DNA of 64,000 nucleotides from Chrysomallon squamiferum. Taxonomy: Eukaryota > Animalia > Mollusca. The stretch is from the NCBI GenBank assembly GCA_012295275.1, contig CM022678.1, positions 3,410,001-3,474,000 on the forward strand. The letters are read 5' to 3'. Positions 1-28,019 of the stretch are shown here, piece after piece. A program made the position numbers and the translations under genes. Numbering within the stretch: position 1 is the first letter of the stretch; every line of letters starts with the position of its first letter. The notes under the pieces were generated by a model, which saw only the letters and a program-made list of their open reading frames with translations, searched no databases and was not told the DNA's origin.

Positions 1-194
1 CCACACCGAAGCAGAAGGAGTCAATAAAGACTGTAACTCCAGCCAAAGGCGTTAAAATAATTTGTCTGATTTCCACGATAAATACACTTTACAAAACCAG
101 TTTATTTCATTACACCCTCTTTTATTTTGTTTTTTTAACAAATACATTTTTCTTATTTAAAAACACGTTACAAAAAAAAAAAAAAAAAAAAAAA

Positions 195-320
195 ATGGGT
201 TGGTTTTGTGGGGGCTGGAACAGATTAATGGTATTTCAATTAATTCCAGTTGGGAAAATTGATTTGACATACGAACTCGGTCACGGAACGAATTAAACTC
301 GTGAGTCAAGGCATCACACT
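195..320 (+). mobile_element. Right end of a Tc1/mariner (pogo/Tigger-like) non-autonomous DNA element, degenerate
   Basis: ggctggaacagattaatgg...ggtcacggaacgaattaaactcgtgagtcaaggcatcacacta resembles, from memory, the terminal region of Tigger-like MITEs ending ..ctcaaggcaccactgTA. The left end is not seen in the window. Confidence 0.45.
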
Positions 321-473
321 ATTTATTTATTATTACCACCATAACCATGATAATTTTAATCTTCATATTATTACAACTGCTAGTAGCAGTACTATTAGTA
401 TTACTGAACTTGTTAATATTGTAGATGTTGCTGTTATCGTTGTTACAAAAAATTATTGTTTTAACATTCTAAC

Positions 474-14907
<14,434 letters not shown>

Positions 14908-15422
14908 TCGCTTTTCATACCGAAACAATCTCTTTTCGTTATTGTTTTTAAAAAAAAAAAAAATTTTAGATTAAATAAATAAAAAAATTTAAAAACAAAC
15001 TATATAAAGTAACTTTTTTGAAAATTACTGTTGTCTGTTTGGCGATTGCTGTCGTCTGCAACTTTTTCAAAAGTAATGTGTCACTCGCTGTCTGGGATGT
15101 CTCTTATAATCGAATGCGCAGTCATGTGACACGGAGTGGATATCTTGTTTTGGTATTTTGTTCCTGGTTGGCAAACAAGACAAGTCCGGGCAAGAGCAAA
15201 GAGCACTCTTAGAGTACTGTTAATATTAAAATTATTTCTACATTTGTGTGTAACGCAAGAATTACCACAAATTAAGTCGTTTTATTGCACTGTCATAAAT
15301 GTCTCCCCACTGCAAATAACTGCATCTGACTTGAGCTAAATTATCTAACACAGAGAGAGAAGTTGTACCAGTTACAAGCAAGTCTCAATTGTTCTCAAGT
15401 GTTTGTACTGTGTCTCTACGTG

Positions 15423-15461
<39 letters not shown>

Positions 15462-15559
15462 ATGTGTTTATTTATTTATTTATTTATTTATTTACACTCG
15501 TTCCATCATATAAAGTATAGGAGAGAAAAAGAGAAAGAAAGATAAATATATATAAGTAA

Positions 15560-15714
<155 letters not shown>

Positions 15715-15926
15715 ACTCCTAAATACTTAACCACTTGTTTAAGATGTGCAGTATTTATGACAGTGCATGTTTTTATCCTTCTGAATGAGTACAAACATCC
15801 GCTGTTAAATATTTCAAACGTGAGCGTATCTATTTTGTCGTTGCTGTCTTAGGATAATAATTTCACAGTGATACCCCACGATTTAAAAAAAACTTGTAAG
15901 TAAAGAACTGCTGTATAAATAATTCA

Positions 15927-15961
<35 letters not shown>

Positions 15962-16319
15962 CAGATATTTTGTTATGTAAGTATTTATTAGTCCGGAAAA
16001 TATACTGAATTCTTTGTTTAAAAAAAAATTCATTCATTCTCAGTTAAAAGGAAAGAAAAAGTAAAAAATAAATAAAAAAATTTCCCTGTATCTTTTCACA
16101 GTCTCGAACTGTTATTATGTTTGCTGTCATGTTTCATCATTTTCATTGTCATTGTTTGTTTGTTTGTTTGTTTTGTTTGTCATGTTTTATTATTTCTTTT
16201 ATTCATTGTTTAATCATTCATTCATTCATTCTCAGTTAAAATGATTTCAAAATTAAAAAATAATAAATAACATTTTATTATTAGGCTGTCATTGTTATTT
16301 TCTCCTCATCATCGAACTG

Positions 16320-16770
16320 TTATTATAATCATCATCATTGATCATTATTATTCATCATTTATCATTATTATCATTATTATCATTATTATTGTTGTCATCA
16401 TCATTATTATTAATATTCATTATTGATCATCATTATCTTCATCATCATAATTATAATCATCATCATCATTCATTATTATTATCATCATCATCATTATTAT
16501 CTTTATTTCATTATTATTATTATTATTGTTGTCATCATCATTATTATTAATATTCATTATTGATATCACCATCATTATCTTCATCATCATAATTATAATA
16601 ATCATCATCATCAACATCATTATTATCATCATCATCATCATCATTATCATTATCTTCATTGTTATCATCATTATTATTGTTGTCGTCATCATTATTATTG
16701 ATATCATCATCATCATTATCTTCATCATCATAATTATAATCATCATCATCATCATCATCATAAATATTCA
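16320..16770. repeat. (ATC/ATT)n low-complexity array with higher-order repeats
   Basis: Recurring cattatcttcatcatcataattataat units within atc/att runs. Confidence 0.95.
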
Positions 16771-17129
16771 TGAGAGTCGTCGACCCGAATTGAACTCAGT
16801 TCTCTCGGAACCGCGGGAGTACTGTCCGCCGCGGGGTACCTTCCACGCTTCAGCTGTTTCGAACCAGCGACATCGCGGTGCAGGCAGATACGTCAAAACA
16901 CGTTTAAACATTTACAACGACAAGTCATTTTATTCCACCGAGAACGTAATGACTCTGCTTTTATATCGTGTCCATTACCTGGTTTCCTGTTAACAGAACA
17001 CTCATTGTGATAGCTGGGGCGATTTCTTATTTGTAGTTATTTCGTAATTTAAAAAAAAAATGGGTTTTAAAATATGGGTTTTAAAAGATACTAAGATCAA
17101 GGATTAATGTGACAGTGGTTTTAATAGTG

Positions 17130-17173
<44 letters not shown>

Positions 17174-17641
17174 ACTATTTTGGGTTTGTGTGCGTTTTTT
17201 TGCATTTAAGTCTATGTATGTGTCTATATTCTTGTAAGGATGTGTATATCAGAATGTGTGTTTTTGTGTAGACAGATGTAAATGGTTGTGTCTGTGTGTA
17301 CATATTTGCGTCTGTGTGGTTCTACACATTGGGTAGGTCAACAAACAAAACAAACAAACAAAAACAAAATAAAATAAATACACAAAAGCCCCACAAAAAA
17401 TTCCTGCGAAAATGGAAGACCTATTCATCGTTTGTTCATGTGGACTAGTTCTAAGACAAATTCTTGCTTTCAGGAATTGAGATTTTCAATATCTAATTTT
17501 GATTTTGGCCTTGTGTAAAAACTGCCACAGATTTTAAGCTAATATTTTGGCTAATAACAGAAAATATCCGTGTTTTTATTCGTGTTAATTTTTGAAACGT
17601 TTTATGAATATCGTTTTGTAGTTAAAAGTCATATCACCTTT

Positions 17642-17673
<32 letters not shown>

Positions 17674-17691
17674 TTATTTATCATAATTAAT

Positions 17692-17723
<32 letters not shown>

Positions 17724-18656
17724 TTTGTTTATTTATTTATTTGTTTATTTATTTATTTATTTATTTTTATTTTTATTTTTTTTTTTTTATTATTAATTTT
17801 TTTTTTCTTGGCCTGTGTATGTGCCTGTATGTGTCTGTGAATGAATTTACTTTTTTCACCTTTTTATTACTCACTGATATCGTTAATGTCTCTTGTTTAT
17901 ATTTTCTCGTTTATTTTCTTTCTACAATTCTACTTTTGATAATAACTTTCAAAAACAGCTATATTATGTGACTGTTTAAAAACATAAATAAAAAATCTGT
18001 TAATATATTTTATACTTGTCTTCCTTCCATTTCTCTTTTTCCTACTTTTTTGTTTGTTTATTTATTTGTTTATTAATTTATTTGTTTATTTATTTTATTG
18101 CATTTTCTTTTATTTTTTGATTTGTTTTCCTTTTTTCTTCTTTTTTCATCTTCCACTTTTTTCTTTTTTTCTTCTTTTTTCTTGTTTTTTTATTACTTAT
18201 CTTGCTTCACTTATTTTTTCTCTCATTCAATGAAAAAAACAAACATTTCTGCTTTATTACATTAGCTGTTTCCTTTTGTTCAGTTTCTTCTTTCGCTCTT
18301 TCTTTATTCTTTCTTTACCTCCTCTTTTCTCTCTTTCTGTTCTATTTACTCTTTTTTTGGGGGGGATTTTCTGTTGTTGTGTTTTTCTCTTTTCAATTAA
18401 CAATATACTATAACTAAATACCTTATGCGCTGTAAAAGAATACTTATTTACCCGTTACATGCTGTTATTTTTATTTTTTTTAACAAATGAATGCTCTTTT
18501 GTGCCTTTTTACGGTTTCGGGCTAACAGCAAAGATTAGCCTCGTTTTGGGTTATTTGTCTGCACGCATTTAGGTAATTAATATAATATTAAGAGGAAGTT
18601 CTTTTTATATATCCACGCATACACACACACGCACACACACATATGAGATCAATATG

Positions 18657-18724
<68 letters not shown>

Positions 18725-19209
18725 AAATAAAATGATATGATAAAAGTTTGGTTCGTGGACAACTCCAATATTTGTCCGTGTTAACTTGTTTTTAAAATTC
18801 ATAAATAATATTTTTCTTTATTTATTTTGGTAGTAGCAGAAGTAGTTGTAGCAGTAGCAGTAGTAGTAGTTGTTGTTGTTGTAGCAGTAGTAGAGGTAGT
18901 AGAGGTGTTAAAAGTAATACTAATAATAATAGTAGTTGTAATAAAACTTTTAGTAGTAATAACAATAGTAGTAATGGTAGTTGTAGTAGTAATAAAAGCG
19001 ATGGTGGTGGTGGTGGTGGTGGTAGTAGTAGTAGTGGTAGTCGTAGTGGTGGTATTAGCAGTAGTATCTTATTGTTGTTACCGATACTTAATTAATGAAT
19101 TAATGGTTAATAGTTATTATAACTGTTTAATACTAGCAACAACTACCACTACCACCACCACCACCACAATAACAACAACATTAATAATAACAATAACATT
19201 AACAACAAC

Positions 19210-19268
<59 letters not shown>

Positions 19269-19628
19269 TAACAATAAATAATGAATAAATAAAGTAAATA
19301 AAATTCCACATAGCTGAACATCAAATTTCAAAATTCGTGATTAAAGGCACGCATCTGCGCATGCTCAGTCTATTCAAAGAGACTTCCAAATGCAGCGTTT
19401 ATTGTAGCTTAGCAATAACAACAACAAATATAACATTACCGGTGTCAAATCCTCACTTTCTAAAGAGACAGCACGTGCCTTATTTCAAAGTGTTTGTCTT
19501 ATTTTTCTTCCAATATTTATTCTGATGTAGTTTCTCGTCCCCTGCGAACTAAATTAATATCAAACACTTGTGACTCGACAAAAAATGTCCACACATTTAA
19601 ATTTACTTTACCTCTTGCACTGATTGTG

Positions 19629-19709
<81 letters not shown>

Positions 19710-20202
19710 AAGACTCTCTTTTATTGTCTCTATCTCAAAAGTAAAATAGAGAGACAACAAAGACCTACATTCTGTTCACAGAAAAAAAAAAAATTGATTT
19801 ACATATATCAAAAAAAATAAAAATTAAAAAATAAAAATTAAAAAAATAAACTGAAAAAAAAAAATCATTTTAAAAATATAAAATAGCTCAAATTGAATGA
19901 AGCTGTAGTTATATATTTATTTTATTTTATTTATTTATTTATTTATTTATTTATTTCGCAATACTGCGTAAAAACCCAGTTACGCTTTGTTGATGTTCAC
20001 TGGTCCGAACCGGCAGACGACAGTTTCTCGTTCGTGTCTGTTCCTGTGAAATAAAACTAATAAATAAAAAATGTACTGACAATTAACAAATCTGTTTACC
20101 ACATTCTTTGCCAGTCCGCATTCAATTTCACCCCTTGCAGAGTAAACTGCTACTTAATCATTATTTCTCCTTTTTCTCTTTCGTCTGTCTTTATCCTCTT
20201 CA

Positions 20203-20283
<81 letters not shown>

Positions 20284-20289
20284 CCTCCC

Positions 20290-20357
<68 letters not shown>

Positions 20358-20702
20358 CTTTGTCACGCGATAATTCAAAAAATTAAATTAATAAAGAATT
20401 CAATTACTGTCAGTAAATAAACCAAGAAGGTATTTTAATAACTGGAGTAAATACATTTTTTTTTTGGAATCTTAATGTGATAAGTAAATAAAAATTCTGA
20501 ATGATCCCTAACTTGAGCAAATTGTTTGAAAGAATTCTAAGCTCCCGTGTCAAATAATTGCATAAATGAATAGCAATTTAGATATAAGTTATTGCTTGGG
20601 ATATTACATTTTAAAAAAACAACAACAACATCAATGAAATGAACAATAAAAAATATATATATTAGAGAGAATGGGATGAGAGAAAGACAGAGAGAGTGAG
20701 AA

Positions 20703-20792
<90 letters not shown>

Positions 20793-22749
20793 ACAATAAA
20801 AGTTAATTTCATAGATTCCTACAAATATCTGACCGTTTTTAAAAATTATAAATAATTTTTTTCAATGTTTATATATTATTTTTGTTAAGTTCAGTTCATT
20901 TAATTCTGTTTATTTAAACTTTATTCATGTTCCAGTACCGATTAATTCCATTTAATTTTAATTTACAATTATTTTATCATGAGCATTCTAGACTATTCTG
21001 TACATAGTAATTTTACACACACACACACACACAAACACATTTGTAATAATAATAATAATTATTATTATATGCAGAATTGTCTAAAAAGTTCATGAAATAA
21101 AATAATTATGTGTGTGCGTCTGTGCGTGAATGAATTTTGTGCGTACATGAAATAGTAATATATTACTTTAAATAGCATATATTACTTTCTTCATGTTCTT
21201 TCTGGGTTTTTTCTTTATTTATTTTTTTGTTTTTTTCGTTCTTCTTTCCCTTCTCTTTTTACTTATTCTATCGTTCTACTTATGCTTGTAATAGAATTAT
21301 TTATTACGTTATTATATATTCTCTCATCACTGTAAGAATACTAAAAAAAAGTTCACTGATGTGGATCGAACGACATCACGTTCGACAAAGAGAAAGTTAG
21401 TCGCCTCTGGTTATATTTACACCTCATGTTGTGTATTTTTTTTTTTTCATTATTATTATTATTATTACTGAATATAGTTTAAAAGTGGAACTAAACACAC
21501 ATCTGAATTATGATTAATCATTTATACAAACAAGAAATCACCTTCTGTTGGTGTGTACTATTACAGTCGGTGTCACGTACACGTGAATACGATCCAAGTT
21601 GGTCGTATTGTTATTAGTAGTAGTCATAGTAGTTGTACTAGTAGTACTGGCAACAATAATAGTAGTTGTAGTTGTTGATGTAGAAGTAGTATCAGCAGCA
21701 TAATACTGAGGTATTAGCAATAGCAGGATTAATACTAACAGTAGTAATAGCAGCAACTCAAAATAAGTAGGTATAAGAAAAAAGAAAACACTCAGTCCAA
21801 CTATTCATTTAATATAAAAAATACATGCATTTTATTAATTTAAATAAAATATGGTTAATGACACTCAAAATAAGAAAAATGAGTCCAACATATTTAAAGT
21901 GCTACTAAATTCACTGTATACCTGCTTTTGCACCCCCCCTGTATGTGCTACTACCATTCCCACTACTACTGCTGCTGCTACTGCTACTACTACTACTACT
22001 ACTGGCACACAGTAATATAATTTACTATAACTATTATCCTACGACTACTACTACTTCTACTACTACTAATATTATATTACTTTCACTATTATTACTATGG
22101 CACTATGACTGTTTCTACTGTTACTATCCTTAAATCTCCATTATTACTACCAGTGCTTTTTCTGTTACTATTGTTGCTAGTATTAATACTGCTGTTAAAC
22201 ATCTGAAATCACAGGTCATCATATTAGCACGTACTGAACAAACGTCTTTCAGCATACGAATTGGAGATTTGATCAAAGACTTTGCAAGTAAAAAAAGTAT
22301 AAATAAGTGACCGAGATTCAGGATTATTATTTAAGTCTGTGTTATATTGCCATAAAAACATCAAATAATAATAAAATATAAATATATATTAAAAAAAATA
22401 AATAAAAAAAAATAAATAAAAAAATAAATTAATTAAAAACATTTAAAAAATTTTAAATTAAAAAAATAAATAAATAAATAAATAAATTAAAATTATTGGA
22501 AGATTGTTACAATATAAAACAGGTTATAATTAAGAGTTGTGAGATGTGGCCTGAAAAAAAACCCCAAAAAACCAACAAAAAAAAAAAAAAAAAAAACAAA
22601 CAAACAAACAAAAAATTAAAAAAAAATTTTTAGCCTAATAAGTCATTCACGATATGTTAAAATATTTTAGTGTTGTTGTTTTGAAAGATGTTTTGAGAAT
22701 AGAAGGATCGAGAGAGCACCAGTGTTGGACTGTGCTTAGGCATCAGTTT

Positions 22750-22834
22750 CAGGTACCGGACCAGTTATCCGGCATCCGGAAATCCGGAAAGACCAGAAAA
22801 CCTAAAGTTTTTTCTCGACACTATCTTCATAGTT
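22750..22834 (+). mobile_element. Truncated copy (left end) of the MITE at 24624-24960
   Basis: caggtaccggaccagttatccggcatccggaaatccggaaagacc...ctatcttcatagtt aligns with 24624-24708. Confidence 0.85.
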
Positions 22835-23294
22835 GAATTTAAAAGATACAAATTAATACACTTCTAAAGCAGTGGCTGATTGATTTTTTATTAATTCACT
22901 CCAAAAAAAAAAAAAAATGTTAAAACACTTTTACACAATGACTGACTAACAGAAAAAAAAAAAAAAAATAATAATAATAACGGGGGCGTGTCTGTCGCAA
23001 TCAAAATACCACGAGGATAAAAATTAAACAAAGGAAAGAAAGGACACAGTTTTATTTAAAAGACACAGGTATAAATCACTTCTCACAATACGACATAAAA
23101 TATATCGGAGGCAAAAAAAAAAAAAAAAATAATAATAAAAATAAAAAATAAAAACATTGTTTTATTAACCATCGCTCATTACATCTGTACAGGTAGGTGT
23201 GTAATAATGACGTGAAACACAATCTCGGACAACACCGATCTCATTGTCAAGGACTTAGACCAAACCTTTATTATGCTGACAGATGCAGGATTTG

Positions 23295-23480
23295 GGATTA
23301 ATAATCTTGAGTGTAAATAGTCTCAACTTTAAAGAACTCTGAAAAATCTTAGATTAGATTGCATAAGCCCCCAACTGTGAGACGTAATCTTTACGTTTAG
23401 ACGAGACAAGGATTACAAACACGGTTCCGAAACAATACGTCTGTTTTTTCAGGCTACAAGTATAAAACAAGAGAAGACGT
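23295..23480 (+). mobile_element. Highly degraded LINE (CR1/L2-like) APE endonuclease fragment
   Basis: Reading through stops and one shift gives GLIILSVNSL..EL.KILD...LRLDETRITNTVPKQYVCF/SGYKYKTRED. This resembles the APE N-terminal motifs N.NSL..EL / ET.L...IP.....I.GY...R.D. Confidence 0.4.
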
Positions 23481-24180
23481 CTGCTACTCCCAATTGGTCG
23501 AATTCCCAAACTTATTGAACCGTTAAAAAAAAAATGGTTCACTAGTCTTCCTGATTTGCGTATTGTTGCTCAGTCATTATAACGAACATTCCCAGATCAG
23601 TTAAAAATGGATTAGTTTTGTCTTTAAATAACAAAACAAGAAAAATTATAAAACATTAACAATAACAAAATAATAGTTAAAAAATATTTCATATTTTTGA
23701 ACAGTCTGCACGTGTCCGCAAAAGCAGAGGACAGCACTAATTACGGAGAAGGTTCGGGACGTATTTGATTGGACGAAGTTAACTGCATCGGGACATGAAA
23801 ACGACATCACCGACTGTCACTCGAACGCCTGGGGGGGGGGGTGACACTGACTGCAGAAGGATATTCTGTCGATTTGCACTCAAATGTAGATCGGAATCTC
23901 TAGAAAAAGTTTAACCCAGTTTGACAAAAAAATAAATGGAAAAAATTAAATGGGGAGGGGGGGAATTAAAAATAAATTAAAAAAAATTAAAATTACTCAC
24001 TAAGAACATACTATGTAATCAAAACAGCGACTTAGCAAATTCATTTCACCCAATCAGAACTCCAGGCTTTTCTAGAAAAACGTTAACAAAATGGACTTTA
24101 CAAGGTTTGAATGCTTTAAAAAATTTATTATGACTACCGAAATATAATAGCTTTATTTAATTATAATGCTGTTTTTCCCC

Positions 24181-24211
<31 letters not shown>

Positions 24212-24380
24212 AATAAAAAAATAAAAAAATAAAAAATAAAAAAAAGAAAGAAAGAAACGTCATTATTTTTTTCATTCGTAAATGTTCGGTTGATTCCGTC
24301 ATTACATTTCGGCAGGCTTTATTCAGAAAATGATATCGTCGTTGGATTGTTTTGTTTATTTTTAATTAACTAATTAATTA

Positions 24381-24446
<66 letters not shown>

Positions 24447-24623
24447 CTTGTACTGTGTCCCCACATAAACATATTTAAAGAGATACGACATATTTTTTAT
24501 ATGGTTCAAAATATTAATTTTTTATGGAATTAATTTTATAATCGGGTAACCAGTTTAAAGGACAGCTATTTTTATTTCTTAAATGAAATGGTCACCTCAA
24601 TCGAACAAGGAAGTCATTTTCTA

Positions 24624-24960
24624 CAGGTACCGGACCAATTATCCGGCGTCTTGACATCTGGAAAGACCTGAAAACCGGAAGGTTTTTCCCGACGCTATTT
24701 TCATAGTTCGTGCGCGCGGGTTTTGTCCTCACCAGATCGGAACTACTCTTTCAAGCCGCGTGGCGTTCATTCACTCGCCGCATTGTTTACGTGTCGAGTC
24801 GCCACAGTTGTGTATCGTCAATTTTCTTTATGTTTTTAATTTTAAAATGTTTATGCTAATTATTTACGTATTTAGATGCCTTGGTACCAGAAAACCCGAA
24901 AATCCAGAAATCCGGAATGCCTCAGGCCCTAAGGAGTCTGGATAATTGGTCCGGTACCTG
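24624..24960. mobile_element. Complete 337-bp MITE, Tc1/mariner superfamily
   Basis: Perfect 21-bp TIR CAGGTACCGGACCAATTATCC / GGATAATTGGTCCGGTACCTG, flanked by TA on both sides (24622-23, 24961-62). No transposase ORF. Confidence 0.92.
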
Positions 24961-26010
24961 TATAATGATATTCATTTCTCTAATTAAATGTTTTATTGCA
25001 GTTTGATCACCCTTGATTTTCTAATAAATATCACTGCAGCTGATAAAAGTAATTTAACTTATTAAAATATTAATAATAACAAATTACTAATACATTATGC
25101 ATAACAATTTTTGAATCATTATTTTTTTAGATACTTGTTTTAAAAAATAAAAAATAATTTTGGATAAGGTTATCACGTTTTTTTTTTGATTTATTTTATT
25201 ATAATTATTATTATTATTATTATTATTTTTGTGTTTTATTTTTTTTTTTTTATTATTTATTTATTTTATTTGGACATTTCAAAAAGAAATTATTTCTTGG
25301 TTAAAATCTAAATCGTCAACGTTGAAAATATTATTATTTCTTAAAACACCTTTCGTGACAAATGGAGTAATCTCCCTTTAGCTAAAAAAAAAAGAAAGTC
25401 TCATATCACATTTTTGTGGATCCATTATTCAGAACTGCTGAAGTTTTATATATTCCATGGTTCAGAATCTTCCAGAGTTCTTTCTAATCTGCCTTTATCT
25501 ATATCGTTGTTTGTGTGTTGTCATTTTTTTAAAATCTTATTTTCTTTTTATTAATTATAATTTTATTTACTTTAAAAACTTTGTCTGCTGAAAAACCCAG
25601 TGAGTGGATTTGGTAAGAACCAACCTAATGCACTCTAAAACTAGTCAAGAAAAAAAACAACCCCCAAAACCCAACATTTTTCAGATTTTAAAGCTATTCA
25701 TTTTATTCCAGTACAGACAAGCAAGTTTAGTGTGATTGAAATGTTAAACTCAGTTCAACCTGTATCAGCTTCTTTGACATTCAAATTTAACAGAACGAAT
25801 GAGCAGGGTTTTGGAAATGGCACCACAAAGGAGACTGAATTTCATTATCCTTAAACTAATAAACCATTAAAACAAAAAATTAAATTTAAAAAACATGAAA
25901 CAAAAGGAAAAATAAATAAAAATAAAAATATTTCATTGTGAAAAATGCTTTTATTAATCAGTTAATGATTCAACATGTCACAAGTCTTCTTGGTTTTTTT
26001 TTTCTTTTTT

Positions 26011-28019
26011 CTAATCAAACAGACCTGGAAATTAAAAAATAAAAAATGTCTTAATACTTTCAAATAAAATGGTTCATATATGAAACATTAGTTAGAAAAC
26101 AGACACAAAGTATCTTTACACATTTTACAGGATCAAAAAAAACATTTATTCAATTAAGTTTTCAAATTAATTATTTCTAAAAATCCACTCAAATGTTAAA
26201 AACATTTATCCTCATTTATAAATAACCTGCTTAAACTATTTACATTTATTTTTAACTTCCCCATCTTTAATTTTATTATCATTTTAAAATAGTTACATTA
26301 TATTCAAAGAATTTTTTTAATTTACCAAATCCCATGTCTTCATCCTCAGATTCTGATTCTTCCTTCTTTGCTTCTTTCTTCTCTTCTGTAAATTTAAAAA
26401 AATAATCAGGTTATTAAATTTTCAACAATGAAAAATACCTTTTTATTTCAGACACATAAAATGAAAAGAAAATCTATAATAATGCAGTATTTGTCCAAAT
26501 TTTCAACAAGTTATTCAGCCAAAATACACTTCCAATATTTTGATTCATATTTTTCTATACCAGTAAAGAAATATGACTGTTCACTCATTTATTTACACAT
26601 TTTGTATCAGGTTTGAAAAGAAAAAAGGTTTTAAGAGAAATGTAAAGAATACATCATTTTATTTAATCACAAATGTTAACATGTTCAGTCTTTCAATACA
26701 TGCATGTTTTATATTCCAACACATGTGAAATGAAATCATCTGCTTAAATACCACCTATTGAAAAAGCGCTATGAATATTGCACCAACCAAGTATTTTCAA
26801 CTTGCATTTTTAAATCTACACTTTTGAAATCATTATAATATTGAAGTAAAAAAAAAACCTTTAAAATCATCATAAGGGAAAATCCTTTATACCAGGAACA
26901 AATTTTGTTAAAACTTGTGTATGTAGAATTTAACCACAGCAACTAAATTGTTACACGAGTAAACTGAAATATCTGCTAACACTACAGTCGGGTGTTTTTG
27001 TTGTCAACAGTTGATTTAACACCTGATAAATCAAACCTCAGCAAGACTCACCTTTCTTTGCTTCAGGGGGCAGCAGCCACAGGCCCAGCACCTACTGCTG
27101 CAGCTGGAGCAGCACCAGCACCACTACCAATGTTGGTGATGAGATCTTTCACATTCACACCATCCAAAGCTTTTGCAAACAGGGCTGTAACAATTACAAA
27201 AAAAATAAAATAAAATAAAGTAGCTGTTTTGGTCCGTATTAAAAGAAATTGTTTGAAATTTAGTAATATCCAAACAAGGGATATTTTCACATTTAGATGG
27301 TTAAAATGCACAACTAACCATTCAGAGAGATGGTAAGTTGGGTTTTTTGGGTGGGGGGTGTAGGCTGGTTTAAATATTAAAATTCAGTTCAGCTAAAAAG
27401 TAGAAGTAAAATCTATTATCAATTAAATAATCGTTAAATTTTTTCTCTTCAAATTGTAAGCAGAAGTTAGTAAGTGAATATTTGTGAAATATTAAATTAT
27501 AAATGATCGTTGAAATACGTACATGGCCAATACGACTCCACTGAGACACCAGCCACTTTCAAGATGGTGTTTATTTTTTCATCCTACAGAAGAAAATCGT
27601 GACTGAAATGTTAGTATCAAAAATAAATGCAATCAAGTCTTATAAATTATACAACCCTTAACGGAGGTTAAGAAATTTCTAGACTGTAACATTAGACAAC
27701 TTAAGAATTTTAAAGTTTAAGCAATGGTAAAATGTAAACACAGTAAAGTTTATTGTAAATGAAATAAATTATTCATTATTCTGTATTTATTATCTTGCAA
27801 AACCATCAAATTAAAGTCAGATTCTTCGGAAGATCTCTCTGTTATCCAAATGCACCACCTATACTCTTCTGAAATAATACAGTACGATGAGTACCGAATT
27901 AAACACGTGGATGTTAATTTCAAAACAGGTCAGCACCACCTACTTACAGTCACTGTAACCTGGTCGTCAGCCAGGATCAAGGCGGCATAAACGCAGGCCA
28001 GTTCATCGTTGGAAGCCAT
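26011..28019 (-). CDS. RPLP1: 60S acidic ribosomal protein P1
   Basis: Exons 27948-28019, 27523-27583, 27052-27184, 26326-26385, 26011-26024. Protein [51 protein letters not shown]...GAGAAPAAA...[18 protein letters not shown]. Exon 3 has one extra base (G5 run 27066-27070). AATAAA at 25955-25950. Confidence 0.97.
26679..26806 (-). ncRNA. Candidate intronic box H/ACA snoRNA (RPLP1 intron 3)
   Basis: Hairpin (AAUAC/GUAUU stem), H box AGAUGA (26741-26736), second hairpin (ACAUG/CAUGU, UGUU/AACA), then ACA (26684-26682) + 3 nt. About 128 nt, sense to a ribosomal-protein host. Folded by eye only. Confidence 0.5.
26903..27043 (-). ncRNA. Second candidate box H/ACA snoRNA (RPLP1 intron 3)
   Basis: Hairpin 1: GCUGA/UUAGC lower stem, internal pocket, UCAGGUGUU/AACACCCGA upper stem. 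Imperfect H box AGAUAU (26974-26969). Hairpin 2: GUGUA/UACAC and AAUUUAG/UUAAAUU. ACA at 26908-26906. Confidence 0.4.

Noticed and set aside
21350-21415. tRNA gene suggested by GTTCGATCC on the minus strand
   Set aside because: No A box at proper spacing and no cloverleaf; at most a SINE relic.
16338-22133. Poly-Ile/Met/Val/Leu/Ser-Leu ORFs resembling membrane proteins
   Set aside because: Products of (ATC), (AAT), (GTA) and (CT) repeats with no coherent exon structure.
27060-27070. In-frame TGA in RPLP1 (and WDR35 45799-45801) as selenocysteine or readthrough
   Set aside because: The conserved downstream sequence is in a different frame, so readthrough would not restore the protein.
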